From Christensenellales bacterium (GTDB lineage: Bacteria; Bacillota; Clostridia; Christensenellales; UBA3700), in contig JBJETT010000009.1 of the NCBI GenBank assembly GCA_051883455.1, positions 102,947 through 166,946 of the forward strand: 64,000 nt of DNA, given 5' to 3'. The notes under the pieces were generated by a model that had not been told where the DNA came from, did not search any database, and worked only from the letters and a program-made list of their open reading frames with translations. The translations under genes and the position numbers were made by a program. Within the stretch, counting starts at the first letter, position 1, and every line of letters begins with the position of its first letter. Positions 44,113 through 57,900 of the stretch are shown one piece after another.

Positions 44113-44186
44113 CTTTATGCATTTTACATCACTCGGCTATGTCAAATTAGAGTGAGAATTTTGGCGAAAATTGGCGGTTTTGCCCC

Positions 44187-44216
44187 TTGACTTGCCCGCA
44201 AAAATCAATGTATAAT
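44187..44216 (+). promoter_or_regulatory. Sigma-A-type promoter of the GH20 gene
   Basis: TTGACT (44187-44192), an 18-nt spacer and TATAAT (44211-44216). The ATG is at 44233. Confidence 0.6.
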
Positions 44217-44232
44217 ATAAAAAAGGCGCGTT

Positions 44233-45891
44233 ATGATTAGAGTTGTTCCACTTCCTTACAAAATAATAGAAGGCAACGGCTACTTCCCTGTTCCCGAGGG
44301 AAGAGGCTTGACTTTGGACGACTTTGACCATTCCGAGAAGCTCGACTGGCTCGACTTTATCAAATCCGACAACCTCGTAATCGACAACGACAATAGCGAG
44401 TGTTACAAGTTGGATATCAAAGAAAATCGCGTCAAAATTTACGCACCGACCGCAGTGGGTGCTTTTTACGGCTTTATTACACTGATGCAACTCAGCCACA
44501 CCTACGAGGGCAAAATACCTTGTATGATAATAGAGGACAAACCGCTATATCGTTATCGTGGCTTTTTGCTAGACGTGGCAAGGTACTTCTTCTCAGTCAA
44601 AGACGTCAAGAAGCTGGCGGATTTGCTCGCTATTCACAAAATCAACAAGTTGCACTTGCACCTCACCGACGACCAAGGCTGGCGTGTGGAAATCAAAAAG
44701 TATCCTCTGCTTGCCACTCACGGAAGCGAGCGTAGCCGTACCAACTTCAATCTAAAAAAGCAAAGCGGCTTCTATACCCAAAATGAAATTAGAGAAATAG
44801 TAGCCTATTGCAAGACGAGAGGCATAGAGGTTATCCCCGAGATTGACGTGCCGGGGCACGTGCAATCGGCTCTCGCTTGCTATCCGTATCTGGGTTGTTT
44901 TGACCGCCTTCTTCCCGTTGCCAAAACTTGGGGCGCTAAACACGACGTTCTGTGTATGGGTAAAGAGAGCACCTATCGCTTTGTATACGACGTCATCGAC
45001 GAGATAGCCGAGCTATTCGACAGTCAATATATACATATCGGCGGTGACGAGGTGTATTTGACACGCACGGCGCTATGTCCGCATTGTCAGCAAAAAATGC
45101 AAGAATTGGGACTAGGAAGCGAAAAGCAACTCAAGTATTACTTTATCAAAAAGATTTGCGCATACGTGCAATCTAAGGGCAAAACCCCTATCGTGTGGAA
45201 CGTTGACGCCCCAATCGACGAAACGACGAGCAAAACACTGTGGCAAGTGTGGGAACCTACCAACGATGCAAAAGCCTTGGCAAGCGAGCTCAATCGAGGT
45301 AAACTCGTCATCAACAGTGACAGTACTCACCTCTACCTCGACTTCCCTTACGGCGTGACTAATCTAGAAAAGACTTACAACAATCCTCCCGAGATAGAAT
45401 ACCTTGCTCCCGACCTTATGGCGGGCGTGGAATGTTGTTTGTGGACGGAATACGTGCCCGACCTCAAAAAGGCAATCTTCCTTACCTTGCCTAGACTAGG
45501 CGCAATATGCGAAAATATGTGGTCGCCTAAGGGGGTTAGACTGTGGGGCAACTTCAAAGCTCGCCTAGGTTGGTACTACCAATGTATGACGAGTCTTGGA
45601 TATGAGCCTGCGCCTCTTGGCAGAACGATGCCTAACGCATATTACTCTCTCATAGACGGTACCAAGTGGAATAGTAGGTGGATACATTGGGACGGCTTGC
45701 ACAACACAATTGACAACGCCTTGGTGGCGCGCAAAGCCAAAAAACAGGCCAAAGCAACAGAGCTTGCCACCCAACCGACCAAGCCAGCTCCTCAACCCTC
45801 CGTCGTAGCGGATAGCGACGAAACGACCGACGAGCCGACTGACGACGTCGATACTACTACACAAGTAGACGAAAACTTAGCGGAAGAATAA
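44233..45891 (+). CDS. Glycoside hydrolase family 20 beta-N-acetylhexosaminidase
   Basis: 552 aa. Shows YRGFLLDVARYFF, HLHLTDDQGWR, the IPEIDVPGH and HIGGDE catalytic region, and a Thr/Asp/Pro-rich acidic tail. Confidence 0.9.
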   Translation: MIRVVPLPYKIIEGNGYFPVPEGRGLTLDDFDHSEKLDWLDFIKSDNLVIDNDNSECYKLDIKENRVKIYAPTAVGAFYGFITLMQLSHTYEGKIPCMIIEDKPLYRYRGFLLDVARYFFSVKDVKKLADLLAIHKINKLHLHLTDDQGWRVEIKKYPLLATHGSERSRTNFNLKKQSGFYTQNEIREIVAYCKTRGIEVIPEIDVPGHVQSALACYPYLGCFDRLLPVAKTWGAKHDVLCMGKESTYRFVYDVIDEIAELFDSQYIHIGGDEVYLTRTALCPHCQQKMQELGLGSEKQLKYYFIKKICAYVQSKGKTPIVWNVDAPIDETTSKTLWQVWEPTNDAKALASELNRGKLVINSDSTHLYLDFPYGVTNLEKTYNNPPEIEYLAPDLMAGVECCLWTEYVPDLKKAIFLTLPRLGAICENMWSPKGVRLWGNFKARLGWYYQCMTSLGYEPAPLGRTMPNAYYSLIDGTKWNSRWIHWDGLHNTIDNALVARKAKKQAKATELATQPTKPAPQPSVVADSDETTDEPTDDVDTTTQVDENLAEE

Positions 45892-45904
45892 ATACGAAAG
45901 ACTA

Positions 45905-45939
45905 CAAAAATACCGCCAATTACTTGGCGGTATTTTTTG
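45905..45939 (+). terminator. Intrinsic terminator of the GH20 gene
   Basis: ATACCGCCAA-ttac-TTGGCGGTAT is a 10-bp stem followed by TTTTTGTT. Confidence 0.8.
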
Positions 45940-45940
45940 T

Positions 45941-45978
45941 TAAAAAGATAGGCACCCGAACTTAAGTTCGAGTGCCTA
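45941..45978 (-). terminator. Intrinsic terminator of the giant gene
   Basis: Minus strand AGGCACTCGAAC-ttaa-GTTCGGGTGCCT forms a 12-bp stem (one G-U pair) followed by ATCTTTTTAAC. It lies 18 nt after the TAA at 45998-45996. Confidence 0.8.
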
Positions 45979-45995
45979 TTGTCTTATTGGTTGGA

Positions 45996-48900
45996 TTACG
46001 CAGCCGGCGAAATCGTCACGTTGGACTTGGTAGGTCTGATACCGTTCCAAGTATTGCCGCCTTCGAGCCATGGACAGATATTGTACCAGCCCCAATACTC
46101 ACGGAAGTTGTTGACTTCGACTCTCAACGTTCTTTCGTTACCCTCTCCTTCAATGACAGGTTTGAGTTTTGCATTGTTGAGCACGTACTTGCCAAGGAAG
46201 TTAGCCACGCCGCCGAACTTGGTGAGTGCATCTATATCGCTTGGCTTGAGGTAGTTGACCTTTGGTGTTCCGTTGAGCAAGGTGCTTACGGTTACATTGC
46301 TACCCGACTGCTTGTGTACTCTCACGAAGCTTTGTCCCGCGTTGTCAATGGTTACGCTACCCGTCGTTGCGGTGACTACTCTCATCTCGGTTGCCACGTC
46401 GGTTATCGTTCCCACTGTGCTTGTCGTCAAAGCCGATACCTTGACTTCTCCCGAACTTGCAGTTGCTACTACCATGACGTTGCCCATAATGAGGTTGGTT
46501 ACGCTAGCTCCACTTGCCATCTCTGCAAACAATCCTACGTTGTTCTCTCCCTTGAGGATATAGTTGGTAAGGGCGAATCCCGCTCCGTCTATGCTGCCTT
46601 CGAAGGCAATTCCGTTGCCCCAATCGAACGGCGTGATGAGCGAAGACTTCATGTTGATATTGCCCGTCATCTTGTAAGCGTACTTATGATAATTGCTCTC
46701 GTATTGTGTGTCGTCGATATCAACGACTGCTCTCTCGCCTATCATCAATACGTCTTTGTAAGTCGACAATTCAAATTCTCCGTTTGCATTGACAATGAAG
46801 TATCTAAACTCGATTACTTTACTATCAGGTACAATCACATAGTTGCCGTACGCGGTAGCATCTTTGTCGTTTTTGGTGATAGTCGTAGGTAGCTTGAATG
46901 CAAAGTACTTGTCGCTAGCGGTATATGCTATCGAATAAGAACCGCCATTGTCAATTATTTTGCTTCCGCTCTCAGCCGACATCAAGCTCAACGTATCGAC
47001 GTCATCGGCGCTGATATCACTCATAAAGTCGCTAAACGCTTCTCTCTGCTTTGCCGTCATCTGCGTAGGCAACGGATGAGTCGATTCGTAAGCACTGAGA
47101 TTCCAGGTCTTGACGGCAACCTTGACAGTATCTTTGGTGTGCGTCGTTCTGAACGACAACTTGTCGGCATTGACAATAGTATACGTTGCTTCTCTCTGGG
47201 CAGGCGTAATGCTTGCATTGCTAGATGTGGTGCCTGCAAATACTGCAAACGCACTTGGCTCAGTCGTACTAATATTGTTCAAGCTTCCTGCAGTAAGACC
47301 GTTCGCCGTAAAGGTGAAGTTGCCTGCATTGTCATTGATTGTCTCAGGCACGTAATACAAGTTGCCGTTGTTGAAGGTTACGGCGTCTTTGTCAACCGTG
47401 TATCCAAGTGCCGTTACGTTATAAACCCAGCCATACGTATAAATATTAGTATCAAGGCTATTGTCTATCTTGCTTGCTTGGTCATAGTCTATCAACTGCG
47501 CCATTGCTTTCATCAACGCATCGTTGGTAACGCCATCCAATGTTGTACCCTTGTTGAATACAACGTCGATACCGTTCTTCTCAATGATGATTTTAGTATA
47601 GCTATAAGTAGTGCCGTTGGCGTCCGTCTTGTGGTGTTGAGCTATATAGTTGCCGTTTTTGTCCACAAGTACTTTCCTTACTGCGTTGGAGTTGTTGGCA
47701 AAGCTTACCCATTTAGCAATATCCACGTCACTTGCTTCTTTGCCTTGCGCATCTACGTAAGTGCCCAAAAGCGTTACGCTCTTGCCGTCTACGGTGGTGG
47801 TAAACTCACCGATAGAAGTGGTGTCATAGTATTTGCTGAAGTTGGTTGGCAAAACCGATTGCTTAGGATAGATGATGAGGATTGCACCTGCCACGTTGGT
47901 ACCGTCGCCAATCGCAGCAACTATCGCCGTACGGTTGCTGGTATCGTAGTTGATATCGTCGGTGGTAACGTCGCCCTTCAACTCAACTACTATGTTGTCG
48001 TAGTAGCCTACGTCGGTAGCGCTGACAATAACTTTTTTTTCGGTCTTGGTTCCGTCTTCCTTTGTCTCGGTTATGGTAACGCTATGCTCGATTACTTCGC
48101 CGGTGTAGACTGCTTCTTTGATTGTCGAACCACTTGCAGCAATCTCTTGACCGCCTCGGATACCTATCGCAGGACAGAACATAGTTACGCCCGCAGTGAT
48201 AAAGCTCATATCCGTCTTGCTTTGTCCGTCTAGCGTGTATCCGTTCGCCTCGATAACGGTTCCGATAGGCATCATCGCTACGTATCTATTGAGCGACAAG
48301 TTGATATGTCCGCCACCTGCGACCTCAGTTTGATAGCTATGCGAGTATGCTTCCCAGATAAATCTGTTGCGAGGAGCAAGCGTCTCGATTGCAAGCGCTA
48401 TGGTATCGTTGTTTTCAATAGTGCCGTAGGTTTGATACATGGTCTTGTCTCTCTCGCTTGCACCGCCACCATAAACGTTGTGCGTCTTGACGCCCGTCTT
48501 ATTAAGGGTGGTGAAGTAATACTCGATAAAGCCTTCGGTGTGAGGTGTGAGCAATTCGAGTTTACCGTATGCCTTAGCCGAGGTCAAACTTGTGTTGACG
48601 GTGTAGAGATTGGTTATGCCAGATACACCCAAATCTGAGCCAATCATATCTATTACGCCGTTGAAGGTGCAGCCGCTTTGGGTAGCAACCAAGGTCTTGC
48701 CCGTCGTGGTCTTGCCGTTGTATGCTCTTACGCTTACGTTGGTCAAGTTTGCGTTAGTTGCGCTACCGACGAGTCCGCCGAAGTTAGCGTTATTTACGCT
48801 TGCGTTGAAGATAACGGTTGCGTTTGTCATACTTCCGCTAGCAATGCCTGCAAAGCCACCGATAGTTGTTGCCTTTGCTCCGTCTATAGTAGGCGTGTTG

Positions 48901-51900
48901 ATGATATCGAGCGAAACGTTAGTCATATTGCCCGTCATATTGCCGACTACAAGGCCTACGTTGGTTGCGCTCAAGGTTTGAGTGCTCGTGAACTTGAAGT
49001 TGACGTCTTGGATAGTTCCGCCGAGGCTTGCGATAAACGCACCTCCGTTGGTTTTGTCTTTATCACTATTGAGTCCGCCTGCGAGTTGAATGCTATATCC
49101 GTTGCCATACAACGTGCCCGTATAGTTGACCACACTGTCGAGCAAGGAAGCATCCCAACCATAGATATTAGCCGTGAGGCTAATATTGGCATTGGCTTTG
49201 AGCTTGTCTGCCAAGTCTTTTGCGGTAGCTACAGCCGTGCCCGTATTGTTTGCCGCACCGCCCATTTGACCGTCGGCAAGTTCGCTTGAGGTGAGGGCAA
49301 GGTTGGTGGAATATCCGTCGGTCGCACCTGCCACCGCAAAGACGTATCTGTCGGTGTAGGTTGCCGCATCAAGAGTTCCCTTAGCACGATAGGTAAAGGT
49401 AATCGTGTAGCTAGAGTATCCAAGTGCGTCTAGACTCTCGGTAGTCTTGATAGAGCTTTCTACTATTTCGTCGGTAGTTGCCACCTCGAAGGAAGCAAAG
49501 CTGTTGACGGAAATCTTGAGTACGCCCGCAAGGTTGGTTTTGTCAACATTATTGTTGAGGAATTGTGTATCAGCCAAGCCCGTAATAGCCACTTCTATCT
49601 CTGCCGTTTTCTTGTTATAATCGTAACGTCTCTCAGCCACAACGATATTGCTTGGGTTGATAGTGAGCTTGTAGGTGGTTGTTCCAACAACCACGTAGTT
49701 GCCTTTTGCAGTAGCTCTATCCAATACTTTGGTTTCTTCGTTGTACAAGGTAGAGTTGAAGCCTTTTACCGTTGGATCGAGCACTACGTCAAGCACGTTG
49801 AAAGTCGTATTTTCCAACGTGTGAACGCCAGCTCTTGCATACTCTCCTGCTATTGTAGTATTGCCAAGCAATACTTGCTCGCCTTTAATACCTGCGTCGA
49901 ATAGATAACTTACCGTACCGTCAAAGTTCTTCACTACTACCGTTTCGGTTTCGAGAGTAATCTTCTTAGGCAAGATTTGGAATACTTCCGTACTTTCATT
50001 TGCTTGACTATACAAGTTGTAGTATACGCCGTTGCCTAACATATAGTTGGTGTCATCATAACCAGTTACTTGTACTTGGAGAGCGTACTTTCCAACGTTG
50101 ATGAACGTTTGAGTCTCGTTGGTTTTCTTGACGCTGGAGATAGTAAGCTTAGAGGTAGTAGTCGCACCGCTAAGCGTAATGGTGTAGGTCAAAGTGCTCT
50201 CGACCTTGCCTGCTACCCAAGTCTTAGCGTCGCTGCCATCGGTAGTTATACCTTCTTTGCCGTCGTATTCTCTCTCCAAAGCGGCTACTTTTATCTTGAG
50301 TTCGTCTTGCTTTAGTTGATATTTGTTGATTTTAAATCTCTTGCTAAGCGTAAGCTTGCCATCCGTACCGAACTCGTAAGCGTTGTTGTTGTCAGACTCT
50401 ACTGTTACCAGCTTAATCTTGATGGTGTATTCCCCAGCATTTTGAGCAGAATTTGTTTCTGTAGCTTTTGTAAAGGTGATACTAAAGTACAACTTGTCTA
50501 CTTTGTCACCGTCTTTGATACCTTCGACCTCCATCAAGCCTTTGGTGGAATTGTACGTGCCTTGACAAGTCAATTCTCCGCCGAAGAACTTGAAGGTTGC
50601 TTTGAGGTCGGCAATGCCGTACGACTTGCTGTAATTGTAGATAAACGCACTCGTGCTGTCGTAAGCCTTGCCGTCGATAGTGATATTGCTAATGCTTGCG
50701 TCTGCGGTTGTACTCGTGGTTCCGTCGCTAATGGCTATAGCTTTGATAGTACCTATACCTTCAATGGTGATCATACCATTTTTTACAATCACGCTATCGT
50801 TGCTAGTAAAGATATAGTAGTTGCTTGCGTTGGACTCTCCACCGTCCAAATCATTGTTGACGAGTCTATAATAGGTCACGCCGTTGATTACCGTTTCGGT
50901 TGTTACGTTGAACTTGACGGCAATGTTCGTACCTACTGCAGAGGACTCGTACTCGCCCGCAGGTCTTATTGGCTCTTTGTTGTCCTTCATTGCGCCCGTA
51001 ACTCTTTCGGTAGTCTTGTTGATACCGACCTTGGTATTGCTATCGTAAGAGTATTCGAATTGCAAAGCCGTCGTACCGTCGTAGGTCTTGGTCATACCCG
51101 TGATAGTGAGGTGAGCAGGTGTGATATGACCAACCGAAGCTCTTGGTACCATATAGTTGGTGCCATAGATATAATAAGCCGTTCCTCCCGTAACTACTCC
51201 GTCTACGGTGGTGCGATAACTAAACGAACTTGCAGTGAAGTATACTACGCTTTCCGTCTCGGCAATGTCCTTGGATCCAAAGTATCCACCTTTTGCAATG
51301 ATAGCGTTGTATACTATATTTTTGTCGCTTTCTTTGACAAATCCGCCCTCGTCTATGGTAATGATAGTCTTAGGGTCGGCTACGCTATCCGCTTTGACGC
51401 CGTTGACTTGGATATCGACGAAGTTTTCGGTGCCGTCGTATTGCTTAGTTACGCTTTCTACCGTCAACGCCTTAGGCAAGATGAAGAATACCGCGTTGCC
51501 GTTGTCGGCTTGTTTGGTAATGCTCGATACGCCGTCCGCCATAGTGTAGTTGTTGGTGTCGATATAGCTGGTATCGACTACTACGCTGACGCTATATCCG
51601 CCAATATCGGTAGGATTAGGCACTTCTACCGAATTCATATAATACTTGATACCCGACACGCCGCTTCCGCCTGCGCCGTCAGCCTTAGCGCTAAGTCCCG
51701 TGTAGAAGTCCTTTACAGTAAAGCTAAACTTGTCTACGCCCTCAGGCTTTTGCACGTTGCCGTTGTATTCCAAAGCAAGAGGAGGAATACTTATAGCAAT
51801 ACTGTCTTCGTTGACGAGCTGTTTGTTGATTTTCAACTTACCTATAGTAGCGTTGCTACCCCATTCGTAGTTGCTTGCAGTAAAGCTCTTGACTACAAGC

Positions 51901-54900
51901 TCGTAAGGATTGTCGCTAGCGTTGCTAACGTTGTCCGGTCCTAGTATTACGCTCATTGCGTTGATATCGTCTGCGGCGTTGAACAAGCCTTGACCTGCGA
52001 TTGGTTGCAAGCCCGTAATTACGAACTTATCGTTGTAGCGATATCCGTTGGCGTAAGTAAATTCGATAGTATCGGTTGGCGCGTTGATATACTTGGTCAC
52101 TTTGTTTTCGCTGTCAGCAAGATAACCTTCGTAGCCTTGGACGCTCAACTGTATTGCGCCGTTTTCAATCTTATACTTCTTGATGATAGCCTTATCGGTC
52201 ACTTCTATCATGGTCTCTGCCGAGCCGATAGCCAAATAGTAGTTGGTCTTGACTCCACCTTCTTTGAGCACGATATTGTAGTTGGTTGTCTCGGAAAGAG
52301 TGGTTACCTGCATAATTTCGGTAGCTATCTTGACTGCGCCCTTGGTGCCCGAAGTACCTGCATTGTTGTGCGTAGCGTTGAAGTCTACGAACTCACCCAC
52401 GAGTCTCATCGTTCTGTCTTCTGCAAGCACGCCCGAACCGTACGTAAATTCCGTAACGTTTTTAGGGTCTTTGCTACCGTCGGTAAAGGCTACCGTACCG
52501 TCGTAAGTCTTAGTGACGGAGGTAAGATCAAGCTCGGCAGGAATAATATAGTACAAACTTTGATTTTCGTCAGTTGCCGATTTGCCTATGCCGTATATCT
52601 TCTTGTTGGCAGCACTCAAATCAAGCTTAGAGGTATCGAAGTTGTCGGATTCACCTGTCACAGATGCGGCAAAGAGGTAGTATCCGCCGATATATATACC
52701 GTTTTCGTCGGCTTCGATAGTCTTATTTGCCGTGCCACCTTGCTTGCTAAATGCGAGTGAGCCGATAGCAAAGTTATGACCTACTGCGCCTTTGACAAAT
52801 TCAACGATATCACCGCTTACCTTGTCAACTATGCCTATGCGATATTCCCCGCTTGCGCTAGGGCTCCTGAAGTTTCCTTGACCGTATACGCCCTCAAAGC
52901 TATCCATATATACGTAGATATTAGCCGCATCGGTTACTTCTTGTTGCGTGATAGTAAAGGTCTTTGTGATAGTGGCTACTTTGTAGTTGCCTCCGCCGAA
53001 TACGACTTTGATAGTATATGCTCCGCTATTTTGAGCAAATTCTACTTCCGTTCCGTTCTTGTCGAGCATAGTGACGGAGAAGGTCAAGCCTTTTTCTTGT
53101 TCTATTGCAAATGCTTGGTAGAGTTTGAACAACCAATTACCGTTAGGCTCTGCCGTCTTGTCTGCCGCAACGTACAAATGTCCGCCAATACCTTGGTACT
53201 TGTACTTAGAGGTGTATTCTACGCTATTGGTATAGGTAATATTATCTTCTATACCTGCGATATTGAGCATATCGACTTGTTTGTCGCCGTCCTTTGCATC
53301 GAGCCTAGCGAGTTGCAACAGCGACAAATGCGAGCTTTCTATATCTCTCGGAGTAATAGTACCCTTATAGTTGTTGGCTGCGATGCAGTAGTTGGTGTTG
53401 CCACTCAACGCGTTGTAATGAACGCCGCCCAATTCCATATCGGTAACGTTGATAGTAATGCCGATATTCTCGCCTGCGTTGCAGTCATCGAAACTTCCCG
53501 AGATACTAATCTTTTCTCCACCGACAGTGCCCGTTGCGCTTACTTCTCCACCCAGCGCAGTCGTGCCGTCGTAAGGCTTGCTTGGCGAACTGAGGTCAAC
53601 AAGCTTAGGAATGATATAAGCCACGCCGTCGACAGTATTGCTGCTACCGATATGGTAGTTGGTGAAGGTCGTAGATACGCTTGCTTCGCCCTCTCCTTCG
53701 GCAGGGGTGGTGGTGGAAGTTTGAATAATATTGAGCGTAGACTTGGTAGTTGTTCCCGTTGGATAGTAAGCAAACTCTTTGGTAACGAATACCAACTTTC
53801 TATTGCCGGCATTAGCGCTGTCAAAGGTTGCGCTGACGGTCGCCGTGCCAAAGTCTATCGCTGCAGAATTGGCGTCGATAAACTTAATAACTATATCACC
53901 TGTGAGAGTGTTGTTGCCATCATAGGTCTTGTGCGCCGTCTCGAGAGTTGCCTCCATTGGAATAATAGCAAACTCCGTCTTAGCCGTCTTAGCTTGGTCG
54001 ATATAAACGTCGGCATTGTCGATTGCACTGAAGGTATAGTTGTTGCCCTCCGCGCTACCGTTGACGGAGACTTTGACGTTGTATATGCCTACTTGTGTCT
54101 GGCTCGTCGCAAAGGTTTGACCGTCAACACCCATAGTCAAGCCGTTTTCTTTGATTCCGCCCGAGATGTTGACCTCTCTATCGTCTAAGTCGATAGCGTA
54201 AATCTTGAAGTTAGCCGCCGACTTATCGTAGGTCAAAGGTGCACCCGTATAAGTGGTTGCGAAGTGATTGCCCACAACGTAAACGTTGTTGACTACTTGT
54301 GGGTCGATTTTGAAGGTGGTCACGTTGGAATACTGTTCTTCGCCCGTGGCAACCGTAAAGTTGTCGTCCGGTGTTGCACTCACGGACAGCAAGGATATCT
54401 TATACGTTCCTACGCCTACGTTGGTAGTTCCGCTGACATTGGTATATCCGCTGTCGGTAGACTTGTATATGCCAAGAGTTACGGTCACGGTATCGCCGTA
54501 AGCGTTGAAGAGGTCGAACTTGCCCGTTGCGACGTATTTCGCCGTGTAATAATAAGTGAACGGAGAGGTCGTGCTTGGCGTTCCCTTCCAAGTTTGAGTA
54601 ACCGTCACGCCCTTGATTTCGCTGCCCTTGATAGCGTACTTGTTGATTACGCCCACGCCGTCAATAGTTGCCACGCTCGCATTGGTCGTATGGGTATTAG
54701 CCACCTTGTAGTTGGTAGCCTTGAAGATATCCACACTAACCTCGGCACCTAGCGTGTTGTAATACGTAAACGCAGCCACGTCAACGTATACGCTCTTACC
54801 GTTACCTGCATTCTTATCTACGTAAGTACCCGTAATAGCAACGCTTGCAGGGGTGGTGACGATAGTCGCGCCCGTAAATGTCGTTGTGCCGTCATAAGTC

Positions 54901-57900
54901 TTGGTTACGCTGTTGAGAGTTGCATCGGCAGGAATGATATACAAAGCCTTAGCTTCCGCAGGGGTTACGGCTACGGTTATAGTAGTAGTCGAGCCAACAA
55001 CGTAGTTTGGATTGCTTGCAAGACTGACTTTGCCGTAGTCGATAGTAATATCGTATCCGCCGATAAGGCTCGTCGAAGTAGCCGTAGTGGTAAATCCGCT
55101 TATCGTAAAGTTGCCCGTTACGCCCTCGTTAGATTTGTAGTCCACTGCCGAGCCTGTTGCTCCGTCAATGGTGGTAGGGATAGCATTGCCGTAAACCACG
55201 TTGATAGGTTTGATGCTGACGCTGACGTTCTTCAACGTCTGTGGCTTGATAGTGAGTTGAGCGCTAAAGGTGCCGTTGAACGTATAGTTGCCCGCATCTG
55301 CACCCGTCAAACCGTTGAAGGTTAGGTCATAGGTATCAGCGTTGTAAGTGCCACCGCATGGGTCGGTGATAGATACGCCAACCGTATCCCCACTTATCAC
55401 GCCCGTAAGGGTTGCGCTATAAGAATAAGTCGCAGTCGAATAGTATTCGAAGTTGCCAGGGGCAGGCTTGGTATCGTTGGCAACGACGCCTCTGCTGTCG
55501 CTTTGAGTAATGTTAACCGTACCCAAGGTCACTTCCTTAGGCGTAATGACGCCGACTTGCAAGGTCGCATAGCCGTCCGTTACGGTTGCATCGAGATAGT
55601 AGTTGGACATCGTGTCGCTGTTGTCGATAACGATGACGTACTTGGTATATTTCTGTCCGTCTGCGCCATAATATTCAAACAACTTCACCTTGATTTTGAC
55701 GTCACCCATATTGGTGGTTAGATTGTCTTGTACGTTCTTGCTCTCGTACTCGCCGACGTAGTTAGAGATAGTTTGAGTTGCGGTGACGGTGCCCAAATTC
55801 GTATTGCCGTCGTAGACTTTTTCTACTTTGGTAATACTATTTTTAAGTGGCAAAATGTAGAGAGCCTTAGCACCGCTTGGGGTTACCGTTACGGTGTAGG
55901 TTGCACTTGCCGCCAACTTGTAGTTGTCGTTGCCCGACATCTCAATATCCTCAACGCTGAGATCGTATCCGCCGATTGGACTGCCCTTGGAGACTGCATT
56001 TTTGCTTGCGTCTTCCCATTTGATAGTTTTGACAGTAAAGGTTGCGTTGATTTGCCTATCCGTTGCAACGCTATCCATAGCAATCGAAGATATTGGCGTA
56101 ATGGCATTAGGCAAATCTACGTTGTAGTTGACGTTGGTAGGTTTTACCGTTATAGCGACGCTATTTACTTCTTGTTGATTGATAACCAAGTCTTGACCGA
56201 GGTCAAACGGAACGGCGAGCGTGTAGTTGCCTGCATCCGTACCCGTGAGTTTTGTCACGTTGATATCGTAACTACCTACGTCGTAGGTGCCGTCTGTATT
56301 CTTGCCGGCAAGACTGCCCGACTTGTAGAGAGCATACTCTCCGTCCACGACGTCAGCGTCATTCTTCTTGTTTACGCTACCGCTGATGACGTACAATGCA
56401 CCCGCAAAGTAGGTGAATATCAAGCCCGTTGCGTTGGTAGTGCCATTCTGTTTGTTTTGCTTAGCCGTCACGCCAAGGAAGTCGGCTTGCATGAGAATGC
56501 AAGGCGTGATATCCGCGGCGGAGTTGCTTGCAACGTAGTAGTTGCCTGCATAAGTCTTGCCTTTTGTTGCGCTACCTGCCTCTTGCAAAATATTATAAGG
56601 GGTATCATTGTAACTAAACGACGTGGTCGTCCATTCGATTTGTCTATTGGTATAGGCGTGTCTGTCGTCATACGCACCCTTAGGGGTGAGGCTTACGCCG
56701 TCAACTGCGCCACTCGTCGTCATCGTGGTTGGGTTGACGCCCGTCGTTGCGGTATAGCTAAGGGTGGTCGTGCCGTCGTATTCCTTGGTGATATTGCTAA
56801 ACTCTACGAGCCTAGGCAAAATCATACCCGTAGCCGTGTTGGTGGTCATGTAATAGTTGTTGTTCTCCGTGAGACACTTAAATGTAGTACCACCGATGCT
56901 CACGTCTTCCGTCGTTACCTTTATCTCGACGCCCGCCGTATTGACGTTGGCATCAGTAAAGGTAATGGTAGGCTTGGTCGTGGTATCACCACTTGCTAGT
57001 CCGTCAAACAAGGTGCTTGCACTAGCGTAGGTGTAAGACGTAGTGTCATCGTAAGGCTTGTTGACAAGGCTCTTGATATTAGACTTCCAGGTCAACTGCT
57101 TAGGAATAATAACGCCCGTGGTATAGGTCGTAGCCGAATAAGCATAATTCTTGGCAGTAGAAGTAGCAAAGTATCTAGCTTGATACTTGTTGCTCAAAGT
57201 CGTATTAGGATATTCGAACTGTCTAGTACCGCTAAGAGTAATAGTCTTGCTATCTCCCACGTTGGCATTGTTAAACGTGCCGTTGGATGAACTCAACGAA
57301 GTCAAGCCCATATCGTTCAGGCTTACCGATTGAGAAGTATTGCTTACCTTAGCCAAATTGTAAGTCATTCCGCTGACAAAAAAGTTGTTGCCGTCGTAGG
57401 TCTTCTGCGCCAATTTCACTTGCACTGCTTGAGGGACGATTATGCCGAGTCCCGCAAGAGTAACCGTTTTGGCGGTAGGATTATAAGTAACGCCCGTGGT
57501 ATTGGCTGCTATAGCGTAGTTGTTGCGATTGATAGGATTAGCGTCTGTCATTGCGTAGAAGACGTTACTATTGTCGGCTTGGTCTACTATAGTCACTATG
57601 TCGCTAAATACGATAGAATTGTAACTACCTTTTCCTCCATACACAACGTCGGCACTAACGAACGTTGCTTTAGGTTGGAGACCTGTGGTGGTAGTACCAC
57701 TATAAGAGAAATCTACCTTGCTATAGACGATAGCCTCGTCACCGTCGTATTCTTTAGCAATATAATTGATAGTAACCGCTTGAGGCAAAATAGTACCTAT
57801 CAACTTGACTTTTACGCTACCGCTACTTGACGTCTTCAACGCCCCGCTTCCGCTAATGCTGAGTGGTGCACTGTCAAATTGATGCGAGCTCGTAGGATTA

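Noticed and set aside
43967-44155. 62-aa plus-strand ORF (MNKMSKFAFLY...) covering the DnaA boxes; considered as an Sda-like small checkpoint protein.
   Set aside because: It has no RBS, Phe/Cys-rich unnatural composition and no similarity to Sda as I remember it. The DnaA boxes fall inside it rather than in a promoter for it.
43891-44232. Interpreting the DnaA-box cluster as the chromosomal origin (oriC).
   Set aside because: There are only three boxes and no adjacent dnaA, dnaN or rpmH. I saw no obvious tandem AT-rich 13-mer/DUE, and gene orientation does not cleanly diverge here because the giant gene to the right is on the minus strand. It is kept as a DnaA-box cluster finding rather than an origin call.
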